Positions 8,188 to 19,000 of a stretch of 39,439 bases of DNA are shown here, one piece after another. The stretch is from a virus (Duplodnaviria; Caudoviricetes). Positions within the stretch are counted from its first letter, which is position 1. Each line of letters opens with the position of its first letter. The stretch covers positions 1 to 39,439 of the IMG/VR virus record IMGVR_UViG_3300025127_000087; one strand, given 5' to 3'. The translations under genes were made by a program, and so were the position numbers. Below the pieces are notes generated by a model. That model was given only the letters and a program-made list of their open reading frames with translations, did no database searches and was not told the DNA's origin.

Positions 8188-10473
8188 ATGCCATACATCA
8201 GACTCCAACAACCTCTTCGTGGATTCACAGACCAGGTGAGCTATCGCTCTCAGGCTGGTGACTACACGAAGAAGTGTTTGAACGTGATGCCGTTTGATGT
8301 GTTCGAGCGTCGTCTGCGCATTGGTACGAGGCAGGGATTCTGTGCTCTTGCAGACTTTGCTGACGGATCAGCAGGTACAAAGATCCAGGGCATGCTTCCG
8401 TACAAGGTTTACAGGAACTCAGTACTGACGCAGAGAATTCTGATTGTCCAGAACGGCAAGGTGTTTGATTGCAACGAGACTGGTAGTTCCAGGCTAGAAA
8501 TTGCACAGACAACTACAGCTACTACATTCGGAAATGGTAGCACCCAAATTGCTGCGGCATACGTTCCAGCTACTGCTCTTTCAACTAGCAACGATGTTCA
8601 GTTGGTTCAGTTTAGAAACTACGCATACTTGATTGACGGCAAGGACTACTACCAGATCGACTTGTCGAAACAACATGGTGCCTCCTCACACCGAATAGGT
8701 ATTGAGCATTGGAGTGAGTTGAACTCTGCTGGTGACACTCAGCTTGATCACGATGATGCAGGCGGTGCAAGAACACAAGATGCAACCATCATCGCGGTAT
8801 GGGGTGCGCGTGTTGTCCTTGGTGGTTTCCCAACCACGCCGAATGTATGGCAAGCATCGCACGTTGGTGACCCGAGCAACTGGCAAGCAGGGACTGGTGA
8901 CACGGCAGCGTCTGGTGGTATCGCAGGTGGAAACAGTCCGCAGTACGCAACGCTCGGTGATCAGATCACCGCTATTGTTCCGTTTGGTTCTAGTGGCTTG
9001 CTCCTGGCTTGCCGCGACTCGATGAGCTACATGACCACTGATCCAGTCTTCGGAACCAATGCAACCTTGGAAGCCATGAGCCGTGAAGTCGGGTGTCTTG
9101 GGGTGAAAGCAGTCACACCGGGGCCAGAGAAGAGCGCATTCGTCATCGGTTCTGATGGGGTGTATCAGGTTCGTCCTAATGACTTTGATATCAACCGGGG
9201 CGATAGAATCTCATCTGGCGCACTCGACGCTTTGTTCTCACGAACAGATCCCTCTGATCTTGGAACGCCGATGGTGGTCTACGACGAAGGCAAGCAGGTC
9301 TTGAATGTCTTCCTATCCAGGCCGCTCGAAACAGAGCTTTCTCTGCATGCGACATACGACATCGCAACCCAGTCGTGGTGGCCGTTTGTCATTGCTGACA
9401 GCAAGAACAACAACCCGACAAGCAACGCTGTATTTAAGCCATTGAACAAAGCAAGGCAGACGATCTGGTACGGCGGACCCCAGGGACGTATCTCAGTGCA
9501 ACCTGCTCTGGGCGTATTCGAGAAAGACGGCCAGAAAGTTACTGCGGCATCAGGAGGCTGGGCAGTCACCGAGAACCCGACCAGTTTCGATTGCAGGGTT
9601 CTCATTGGTCCGTTGAACGACGATGCAAGCCAGCGTCTATTGCTTCGTGATGTGCGAGTGATATTGCAAGACAACTCTGTCGTAGAGAACGCAGGCGACA
9701 ACACTTCGTTCTCTAGCTTGTCCTTGCCTACAACAGCACAAGTTCTTTCAGGTAGCCCGTATCCCTCTAGTGTGACTTCTTCGTTCACGACTACCCAGAC
9801 TAGTTACGCTCGAACTATCACTGAGGACATAGCTCAGTTAGACATCTTCGACATTGACAGTGTGCAGCAGACAGATGTCACCAATGAATCTCTGACCATG
9901 GTGTCGGGTATTCTTAGTATGAACGACGATGCAACTGGGGCATCTACGTCATACGACCAAGTCCCAGATCCCCTGGACACTGGCGAGACACTGATTGATG
10001 GTGGTGTTCACAACACTACATACGGTGCGACTGCTCGTCTTCTTGGCGGTTTCGGTCATACGCCTGATGGACTGTACTTGAAGCAAAGCGGAGAAGGCAC
10101 AGAAGTTTACTACGGCCCGCAAGAGTGGGTGTTTTACAAAGATCAATCAACAAACAAGTACAAGGTTTCGTACGGCGGAAACGTCTTGTTTGAAAGTGAC
10201 GAAGCCAACTCCATACCGAACAAGATCTACGATGTTGATTTGAGTGACAACGCTCTGACATCAAGTGTTCTCCCTACAAATTTCGTTGTCAACGAGCCAG
10301 CGACTGCTCTTGCAACTAAGTCTCTTGACAACTCACGCAACAACGCAATCCGTGTACGTCTGCGTTCTGCTGACTTCTTCTTCCAAATTTCATCAGAAGG
10401 GCGATCGTGGGCCATCGAGGACATCTCGGTTGATATTGCTCCAGGCGGTCCATATAGAAAGGTGCTTTCCTAA
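8188..10473 (+). CDS. Tail nozzle / tail tubular protein B-like (P22 gp10-like)
   Basis: 761 aa, beta-rich; NV.P...R.G start, G..ITAI..F, VGC.G motifs; lies before the ejection proteins. Confidence 0.65.
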   Translation: MPYIRLQQPLRGFTDQVSYRSQAGDYTKKCLNVMPFDVFERRLRIGTRQGFCALADFADGSAGTKIQGMLPYKVYRNSVLTQRILIVQNGKVFDCNETGSSRLEIAQTTTATTFGNGSTQIAAAYVPATALSTSNDVQLVQFRNYAYLIDGKDYYQIDLSKQHGASSHRIGIEHWSELNSAGDTQLDHDDAGGARTQDATIIAVWGARVVLGGFPTTPNVWQASHVGDPSNWQAGTGDTAASGGIAGGNSPQYATLGDQITAIVPFGSSGLLLACRDSMSYMTTDPVFGTNATLEAMSREVGCLGVKAVTPGPEKSAFVIGSDGVYQVRPNDFDINRGDRISSGALDALFSRTDPSDLGTPMVVYDEGKQVLNVFLSRPLETELSLHATYDIATQSWWPFVIADSKNNNPTSNAVFKPLNKARQTIWYGGPQGRISVQPALGVFEKDGQKVTAASGGWAVTENPTSFDCRVLIGPLNDDASQRLLLRDVRVILQDNSVVENAGDNTSFSSLSLPTTAQVLSGSPYPSSVTSSFTTTQTSYARTITEDIAQLDIFDIDSVQQTDVTNESLTMVSGILSMNDDATGASTSYDQVPDPLDTGETLIDGGVHNTTYGATARLLGGFGHTPDGLYLKQSGEGTEVYYGPQEWVFYKDQSTNKYKVSYGGNVLFESDEANSIPNKIYDVDLSDNALTSSVLPTNFVVNEPATALATKSLDNSRNNAIRVRLRSADFFFQISSEGRSWAIEDISVDIAPGGPYRKVLS

Positions 10474-11306
10474 TGGGTTTCCTCGACGATCTATTCGGTG
10501 ACGAGGCTGAACGTGAAGCGTTGATGCAGCAAGCAATCAGCGGATACCAGTCTGATATGAATCAGTACATTGGTCAGTTTGACTCGATGATGAGCAATGC
10601 TCTGTACTTTTTGCAAGAGCAAAGAACCAACGACATCTCGGTGTACCAGGATCTATATCAGAGCACGATTGGTGATTACCAAGCAGCGTTTGAAATGAGC
10701 AGGCAAGGCTTGCTTGAATCATTCGCAGAGCAGAGGCAGTTCATGGAGACTGGCTTTGATGCAAGTCGAGAGCAGCTTCGGCTCGGCACACAAGCACAGC
10801 TTGCGAGCACGACTGCGGCCAATGCATTCACTGGGCTGGGCAACACGTCGTTCGGGCAGTCTTCATTGAACGCAGTACAGGCTTCTGGTGCGTTGCAGCA
10901 GGGGCTGCTGAGTGAACGTGAGAGCCAGATGATGTCTGACCTGGTCGGATCTCAGGGCGCAGCCTTGTTCAACGCTGACCAGAACGCAGCGCAGATGTTG
11001 CTGGGTGCCGGGCAGAACTACGCTCAAGGTCTTGCTAATCTCCAGAGCGCATACACTGGGATGCAATTCAGTGGCATGACCACACAAGCCTCGAACGTGT
11101 TTAACGCACAGTCCTCGATGGCATCGAACATATTCCAAGGCAACATGGGAATGGCTAACAATGTCGGATCAGGGTTCAACCTGGGCGGCGCAATCATTGG
11201 CGCAGGCATCGGCCTAGGTGCGTCGTGGCTAACAGGTGGGCTTAGTAATCTGGCTGGACCAGCAGCAGGCGCAGCAGGCGCAGCAGCAGGAGATACAACA
11301 CAATGA
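10473..11306 (+). CDS. Internal virion (ejection/pilot) protein
   Basis: Gln/Ala/Gly-rich helical protein, MGFLDDLFG start, glycine-zipper-like C-terminus. Confidence 0.6.
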   Translation: MGFLDDLFGDEAEREALMQQAISGYQSDMNQYIGQFDSMMSNALYFLQEQRTNDISVYQDLYQSTIGDYQAAFEMSRQGLLESFAEQRQFMETGFDASREQLRLGTQAQLASTTAANAFTGLGNTSFGQSSLNAVQASGALQQGLLSERESQMMSDLVGSQGAALFNADQNAAQMLLGAGQNYAQGLANLQSAYTGMQFSGMTTQASNVFNAQSSMASNIFQGNMGMANNVGSGFNLGGAIIGAGIGLGASWLTGGLSNLAGPAAGAAGAAAGDTTQ

Positions 11307-11758
11307 TTCCTTCACAAGCACGAGCAGAGGCAAACAAGAACCGCGAAGAAGAAACCAGTCCTGACATTGGGGGTTTCCTCACCGGATCTATGCGCAACTT
11401 CGCCATTGGTGTGGCTGAAGGCGCAAAGGCTACAACTCATCCAGTCGGCAGAATGTTTGGTGCAGCAATGTCAGGTGCTATGAGTCCTGTCTATCAAGAT
11501 CAGCAGACTGCACTTGAACGTCGCCAAGCAGCAATCGATGCTGCCGACTTCGAGGCTATGAGTGAGGCAGGCTTTACCATTGAAGAACCAGAGATCGACG
11601 CGATCGTCGAGCGCATGATGAAAACGATTGAAGGCCAACGGTCGGCGGCGGCAACCCCGCCTCCAACACAGAACGCCCCGGTTGAATCCTTTAAGTCACA
11701 ACCAGAACCTAAACCAGAACCCAAGCCAGGCGGCGTGGCATTTGACCCAGGAATGTGA
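11303..11758 (+). CDS. Putative internal virion protein
   Basis: ATGA overlap, AGGAG SD, Pro-rich tail; position in ejection cluster. Confidence 0.55.
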   Translation: MIPSQARAEANKNREEETSPDIGGFLTGSMRNFAIGVAEGAKATTHPVGRMFGAAMSGAMSPVYQDQQTALERRQAAIDAADFEAMSEAGFTIEEPEIDAIVERMMKTIEGQRSAAATPPPTQNAPVESFKSQPEPKPEPKPGGVAFDPGM

Positions 11759-11760
11759 AC

Positions 11761-13053
11761 ATGGAAAAGAACCAGACACAAATCGATACTTCCGAGGCAT
11801 TGGAAGGCATCACCAAGGGCATGCGTACACAAGAGCAGAAGTCTCAGAAACTTCTCAAAGGCATGTTGAACCGCGATGAACGAGCGATCAACTACAACCG
11901 GGCGATCACTGCGCTCGACACTGGTGATCCGATGGGACTCGAAGCCCTGGACTTTGGTTCAGTCCGTGGCAAGCCTGCTGTCTCGTTCGTCAACGACAAG
12001 GGTGAGCGTCGCGTTCTTTCTACGACGATGCCGACCTACCTGGCTGCATTGAAGTCCAGAACACAGATGCGCCAGGTCATGCGCGAAAAGGTCAAAGGGG
12101 ACATTGAACGCGGCATTGCGACTGAGCAGCTTGCCCCCCGGTTCAACTCTGCACTTGACAACATTCGTGCCGAGACTGGTGACCTGTTTGTCGGGGTGGC
12201 TATCGAGTCATTCAAAGTCAATCCGACTGAAACCGCAGCGATGGTCAGTGACTTGCAGAGGAAGCTCAGAACGAACCGAGAGCAGGGTCTGAAAGATGCT
12301 GCCGCGTTTGTAGCTGGTGAGAACATCAAGAAGGCTGATGGCCTCTCATCGATGTGGGGTTCACACTTTCGCAACAAAGCAACCGACATGAAGAACAAGA
12401 CACGGCCTGGGACTCCTGCTGAGTTCGCACAAGTACAGTCAGAAAGCGAACGTATTCAAAGGATTCAGATGTTGGTGAAGGACACTCCAGAAAACCAGAC
12501 GATGAGTTTTTCACAACGCTTGGAAGCCAACTCTTCTTTCGCGAACACAGTTCTGACAGACGTGTTTTCTCTACTTGAAGAGGGAGTCTCAATGCCAGGT
12601 GGCGGCAACATCAGGCTCAATCGTCTAGATCTGTCGGACCCTATGTCAATCTCAACATACCTTTCGACGTTCGAGCGTTTCTTGTTTAGCAACGGAATGG
12701 TTTCAGCCCCATTGAATGAGATGGACAAGGCGTTGATTCTGCGACAAGCGATGCATCGACAAGGCACGATGAACCCGGAAGCTGTTGCTGCTGCTGTTGA
12801 GCTTATGTCGCAGCAAGCGGCAAACCCTGTTGGTATTCAGGTTCCAGAACGAACTGCACCGGGGGCAGACAGGTCACTACCCCCAACGTCAGCTAGTGCT
12901 CCGACAGAAACACCAGAGCAACGCCTTGCTCGACTGAGGGAGCTTGCAGAACAAGCAGCGAAAGAAGCTGGGGGCGGACAACAAGAGATATTTGAGAAGG
13001 CCAGGACTGATCCAGAATTCGCTGAGAAGTACGCTGAAATCCTGAAGGGATAA
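11761..13053 (+). CDS. Putative internal virion protein
   Basis: ~430 aa, helical; between the pilot protein and the giant protein; start may be GTG 11755. Confidence 0.55.
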   Translation: MEKNQTQIDTSEALEGITKGMRTQEQKSQKLLKGMLNRDERAINYNRAITALDTGDPMGLEALDFGSVRGKPAVSFVNDKGERRVLSTTMPTYLAALKSRTQMRQVMREKVKGDIERGIATEQLAPRFNSALDNIRAETGDLFVGVAIESFKVNPTETAAMVSDLQRKLRTNREQGLKDAAAFVAGENIKKADGLSSMWGSHFRNKATDMKNKTRPGTPAEFAQVQSESERIQRIQMLVKDTPENQTMSFSQRLEANSSFANTVLTDVFSLLEEGVSMPGGGNIRLNRLDLSDPMSISTYLSTFERFLFSNGMVSAPLNEMDKALILRQAMHRQGTMNPEAVAAAVELMSQQAANPVGIQVPERTAPGADRSLPPTSASAPTETPEQRLARLRELAEQAAKEAGGGQQEIFEKARTDPEFAEKYAEILKG

Positions 13054-13057
13054 CTCA

Positions 13058-16000
13058 TTGACTCTATTCCAAAAAAGCGGCGAAGGACACCAGGATTTTA
13101 CCCTTGGTGAGTTGCTTGGAAAAACTGCGAAGAAAACACCTGAGCAGTTTCTCGGTGAACTTCTTACAGACAAAGCTGATCCTCTTGTCAACTACAGAGC
13201 ACAACGCGGTGCTCGTGAGCTTGGTGATCAAATGGGCGGCGAAACATCCAAGCAATTCTCGCGGGCCTTTCAACGTGCTCTTCGTGAATCCCCGCTCGGG
13301 TTCTTGGGTTCCGCACTCCCTGTTGAAACCATTGACAGATTCGCACAAGCTGCGATCAGAGGTGGTTCAGCGTTCAGCGGTACGGTTGCAGATGTGATCG
13401 GGGAGCTTCCAGGTGCCGAAAGTATGAATGGTTTGGCAGCGTTCATGCGCGGTTGGACAGAGTCATTCCGACCTGAAGACACACCACACTGGCTCATCGG
13501 CGACATCGAGCAAGCAGTTGAGAGCGCACCTGGAACTGCACTCGGTGTCGGTGGTGCCTTGCTTGGCGGTGGCCCAGTTGGAGCAGCCATCGGTGGAGCA
13601 GTCGGCGGCATGGGTGTCAGCTACTCGCGGAGCAAGTACCAAGCTGAAACCCAGGTTGATGAGATGATTGCGTTCTACGAACGTGAAGGATTTGAGATCC
13701 CGAAGCACCTCACTGATGATGCCATTGAAAACATGGCAATGTACATGGCACTCATTGAAGGCGGAATCGAAGGTGTCGGGGCTGGCGTGTCCTTCGGTAT
13801 TGGTGCAGGTCTTGCGAAGCTGGCGACGAAGAGAGCGTCGAGGAAATTGGCGCGGTCTGCTGCTGAGAAGTTTCTTGGAGCATCGGTTGTTAAGGGAGCC
13901 AAGGGTGCAGGCTTGTTCGCTGGCGAAGCTGTGCTCGAAGGATTAGAAGAGGTAGTGACAGAACGTGCGCAAGCACCACTTCAGATTGACCCAGTGCAGC
14001 GTGATGTGACCTGGACTGAACTTGGTCTTGCATTCAGAGGTGGCATGGTTGGCGGTGCCACCATGTCCACGCCGATGCTTGCAGTAGGAGCAATTGCGGA
14101 AAAGAAAAGACAAGAAGCTCAGGAGAAAGCTCTTAGGGAGTTGAACCAAGTTCTCGTCGAGGCAGCAGGACCAGCATCACGCCAGGTTGCCCGATACGAG
14201 AATGAGTTCGACGGCAAGACAGAGGGAGAGCAGCAGAACAGAATTGAACGCGCAACTGAAGCGCGTATGAACTTGATTGGTCAGCGAGAAGGTTTCAAGT
14301 CGATGACTGAATCTGAGCTTCTCGAAACCGATGCTGACGGTGTCACAAACGCAGACAAGCAGCACAACCTCACAAGACAGATCACTGAGCTTCAGGATGC
14401 AATCGAAGCGATGCAGGTGGCGAAAGCCAACTTGAAAGACGGAATTCGCACTGAAGTCATCGAGGCCCAAGACCCAACTGAATACATAAAGCAGAACGGG
14501 TTCAAGTTTGTTGCGGAACCTTCCGAGAAAGTAGGCGACGCTGCCAACAGACTTCGAGAACTCGGAGTTGATGTGCGCGTTGTGGACACCGGGAAAGAGG
14601 GAGCAGCCTTCTACGATCCGCAAACACCCACCACGATCTATCTGAACGACAATGCATCAGTGACGGCGGACTCGTTCGCGGAGGGACTCCATGAGTTGGA
14701 TCACCTGCTGGATCACCTGGCCCCCGAACAGGCGGCTGAGATCCGAGACATCCTCACCCTGACCCGCAGGATGGAGTACGCGAAAGAGTACACCACAGGA
14801 CAAGGTGCGGATACGAAGCAGGACAGAGCAGCCAGAGCACGTCAGCAGGCCCAGTCACAGCTTGAGCGAGGCAGAGGCATCAAAACCGACGATGAGGGCA
14901 TCGCGAACCTCAGAGGCGGAGAGACCTTCAGCGAGGTCGAGGGTACGGCATCAGCGGTTGGCAGAGGTGCGGAGATCCTCAGTCCCGCTGACAAGTCCAG
15001 GTTCGCCCGTGCGATCGACGCAGTCGCAGCCAGGGTTGGTTTCCTCGGACAGGAAGCAAAGGCCGCACAGAGGATCCTAGACACCATCAAGAGCACCCTG
15101 GAGTCTCTGCCGACGATCAAGCCGGGGGATCAGGTCGAGATCCGGGGCAAGGGCGCGGAACTCATCCAGAGAACTCGGATGCTCCCCGAGGCTACCCCGC
15201 TCCGATCTCGCCGCACGGCAGAGACAGTGAGTGAGGCATCGCAGGCCCGCATGGATCAACCGGGCGGAATCGGTGATGTACAAGCACTGAGTTCCAGGGC
15301 GGCAGCGGACACCAGCAGCCCGGAATTCAAGCAGTTCTTTGGCAAGAGCCAGGTGGTCGATGAAGGCGGCGAACCGCTCGTGGTCTACCACGGCTCGACC
15401 GAATACTTCGATACCTTCAACTACGACAAGCTGGGCCAGCAAGGCACTTCAGAGGGTCGAGGTCTGTACTTCACAAGCAGCGAAGAAGTTGGCGTTGCAT
15501 ACCAGACTAGGGGAGAGGATGGCCCCGGCGTACTGTTCGAGGGATATCTCAACATCGAGAAGCCCTTGTCAGAGGATTCAAAGACAATCACCAAGGATGA
15601 GCTTGAGCAGTTCATTCGAGCGATCGATCCAGACGGCTCAGAGTATCTGACAAACTATGGAGATGTCTCGTTCGATGGGTACGACTCGGTCGTTGCTAAG
15701 GCCGTCGAAGCGGAGTATGACTTCAGTGAAAACGATGTTGACCTGATCAACGCGATCATGTCCGCAGGTGTGCCGGATGAGATGGAGTTCTTCCGCACGT
15801 TGAAGAGCACCCTGGGGTACGACGGCATCATCACAGCGTGGGGTGACAAAGAAGATGGCGGTGTCCCGATCTACATCGCGTTCTTGCCTGAGCAAGCCAA
15901 GTCTGTCGAGAGCAAAGCGTTTGACACCACGAAGCCTTCGTTCCTTGAGTCAAGGCGTAAAAACAACAAGGCCGAAGTCGAACAAGTTCTTGAAGCTGTA

Positions 16001-19000
16001 CCAGCTAAGACAGCACAAACCGTCCTTGCCAAGAGTGACATGGTCAACTGGATGACACCAGAAGACGCGCTTGGTTTCACACGGTCGGATGTTGCAAACG
16101 AGGCGATTGCAAAGTACGACGAGTTTGTGTCAGATCGTCGGTTGCTTGCAGATGCGTTGCAGATACTTCCTGCTGCCTCAGAGTGGTACATGCTCAGTGA
16201 GCAAGTGTTCTCCTCTTTGGGAGAGGGCAGGATCCCACTGTGGAAATTGGTTGCCGTCATCGCGACAACGTCTGCACAGAAGAGCGTGAAGAGTAATGTG
16301 GATGTCGGTCTGCGGACTGCCCTTGCGTACACTGAGTTCATCGAGAAGGGTGGAGACCCAAGCAATACTGAGTCTTTGCTCCGTGCAATCGCAGGAAAAA
16401 ACGCAAGCAGAGGGCCGAAGGGGAGAATGAAAAAGATTCTTTCGACAGGCACCGGCCCACTGTACTTGTATGCAGATGTGCTCGGAACCGCCGATGTGCT
16501 TCAATCGCAAACCATGGATGAAGTGGTGCAGCGACTGATCACGCCAGGTTCAATGATCAAGCAGCAACTCGACCTGGACAAGGGAACAGGCGCAGCGCGT
16601 AAGTTGGCGGCATTCCTGCGCAACTTGATGGGTGACGATCGCCTCGTGACAAACGATGTGTGGATGGCTTTCTGGTGGGGAGTTGACCAGCAGAACTTCT
16701 CGTCAGGAAGTGGGTACGCAGCGGCAACCGCAGCAATGAGAAACATCGCCTCCGCCGTCGGCATGTCTCCGGCCCAGGGCCAGGCTGCTGCGTGGGCTAT
16801 CGCAAGAGTCTATCTTGGTCGTGTACGAAACGAAAAGAAACGAGCACCTGCGAACAGAAGAAAGTTCACTGATGTGATCGCAGAGCCTGTTACAATTGAA
16901 GACCTGTTGGGAACTGACATCGGTTCCCTGTTGGTGTTGCCGACTCTACCGAGCGGCGGAAAGGAAGTAGCAAATGAAGCCCCAGACCTTCTTCGATCGC
17001 TTGGATTCAACCCAGATGCAGCAAGAGACATCGTCGGAGACTTCGAGCAAAGGTATCGGGAAGCGTATTCAGGAGTTGACTTCAGCCTCCCAGGTAGCCT
17101 TGGACCTCGCCGTTCGTCGCGTCTCGTCAGAAGATTTGAACAAGCCGACATCGACCGAAACATCAAGAAGAATGTAAAACGTGCAGAGGAGGGCAAGCCT
17201 CCTCTTCCGACTACGAGGCTTGCGTCTCGCCAAGGCGTGTTCGACAGCAAGATGTACCGCAGTCTGAATGATGCTCGTGATCAACCCAACATCAAGACAT
17301 CAGAGCAGCTTCGAGCATTCCTCGGCAAGCAAGGTGTCGAGCGCGAAGAGATCTACTGGACTGGACTCGACGAGTTCCTGAAGAGCCAGGATCCGAAGGC
17401 GACCGTAGACATTGACGAAGCTATCGCGCACGGAACTACCCCGGTTGAGGTGTTCACGAATGTGCAGACAGATTCTGAAATTCTGGACCGAGACCCAGAC
17501 GACTTGTACGGCAAACCAGACGCATACACTCGCGTCGGTGAATTTGTTGAGTACACCTCATACTTGCCGCCTGGTCATGGCCCAGCTACCAACTTGGTAT
17601 TGTCGTTGAACCCTTCTGATGAAAGACTCACAAGAGACGAGGGGGGACTTCCTGTCTACGACTTTGAAAACAAGAAAATGGTAGAAGTCGAAGACCAGGA
17701 GGCCGACAATCGAAAGAAAGGCTTCAGTGGTTCACAGCATAGTTTCAGTGGGGTTCCACGCGGCTCGATAATTACCCACGTTCGTGCCACGGACCAGCGG
17801 TACAAAATCGACAATACTGAAGAGCCAAACACCTTCAACCTTGCCGAGGTCCAGAGTGATTGGGCATCAGGCTTGATGCAACTACCCTCGCATTTTTCGG
17901 GGACAAAGGAAGTGGTTACGCCATTCGTTTTCAGTAAGCGCAAGGGCAAAGTTGTTCCACTGTGGCAGAAGCTGGCACTCAAACGCTCTCTCGCATATGC
18001 GGTCGAGAACGGCTACGAATACATCAGCCTACCGAACACTGACTTGGTGAATAGCTCACCAGGTATCGAAGTTGAAGGCAAGGGCTACGACGCTCTTGTC
18101 AAGATGTTTGAAACCTTGCTGGACCCATACATTCGCAAGGGAGATATTTCAGGCTGGTATGAAGGTGTCGTGGAACCTGACGAACTTGGCATGGCCCCAG
18201 CAGGATCCATGAATGTAGAAGAGTTGCGCGAACAGTACGTTCGAGACAACCTGAGTGATTTCATGGAATCTGCGATAGAAAGTGAAACTTACAACTGGGA
18301 AAATGAAATCTACGAATTAGATGTGGATGATAAATTTCAGTTCCCGAAAGATTGGGCAAATCAAGTTGCAAAGGCTCACGCCAGTCCAGGGTACAACCAA
18401 ACCAGAGCCGTGATCGAGCAGATCGATTACAGCGCGGCTCAAGTTTGGAGTTACCTGACGCAATGGCAAAGTTCAGATAACCTGCCGGATAATGACACGG
18501 GTCGTTACCAAGACAGACCAGTTCCGTTCATTGAAGAACAAGAAGGGCTTCCTGGTATCCCGAAGATGAACCACGGTGTCTACCGTGAAGAACAGGGTCA
18601 GTTGGGTCTTTCTGGTGAGGAAATCGAAGTCTATGTCATACGCACAAGTGAAGGCGAAAAGATAGGCGAGGCTCCTTCATTCCAAGCAGCACACAAGCTA
18701 CTAGCTCAAATTCAAATTGACACGATCAGAGAGTACTCCAACGACATGCTCAATTCGTTCGAGATCCTGCAAGTAGCACCTGACAACGCTATTGATAGCC
18801 GTATGCCTGTGTTCATAGGATCGCTCAGTTCAGATGCGCTTGAGGCTTCTGGTCTCCTCGAAAGTGACATGATTGAGGAAAGAGCTAGAGAAGACCTAGA
18901 TCATGTCATGGATTCCATGGATGAGTTTGATGAATCAAACGAAACAGGTATGCGCGAAGACGCACGCGCAACGGTGTACAAGCTCGGTGACAAGAATGAA

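Noticed and set aside
11265-11290. GCAGCAGGC tandem repeat
   Set aside because: It encodes an Ala/Gly low-complexity tail; no independent function is evident.
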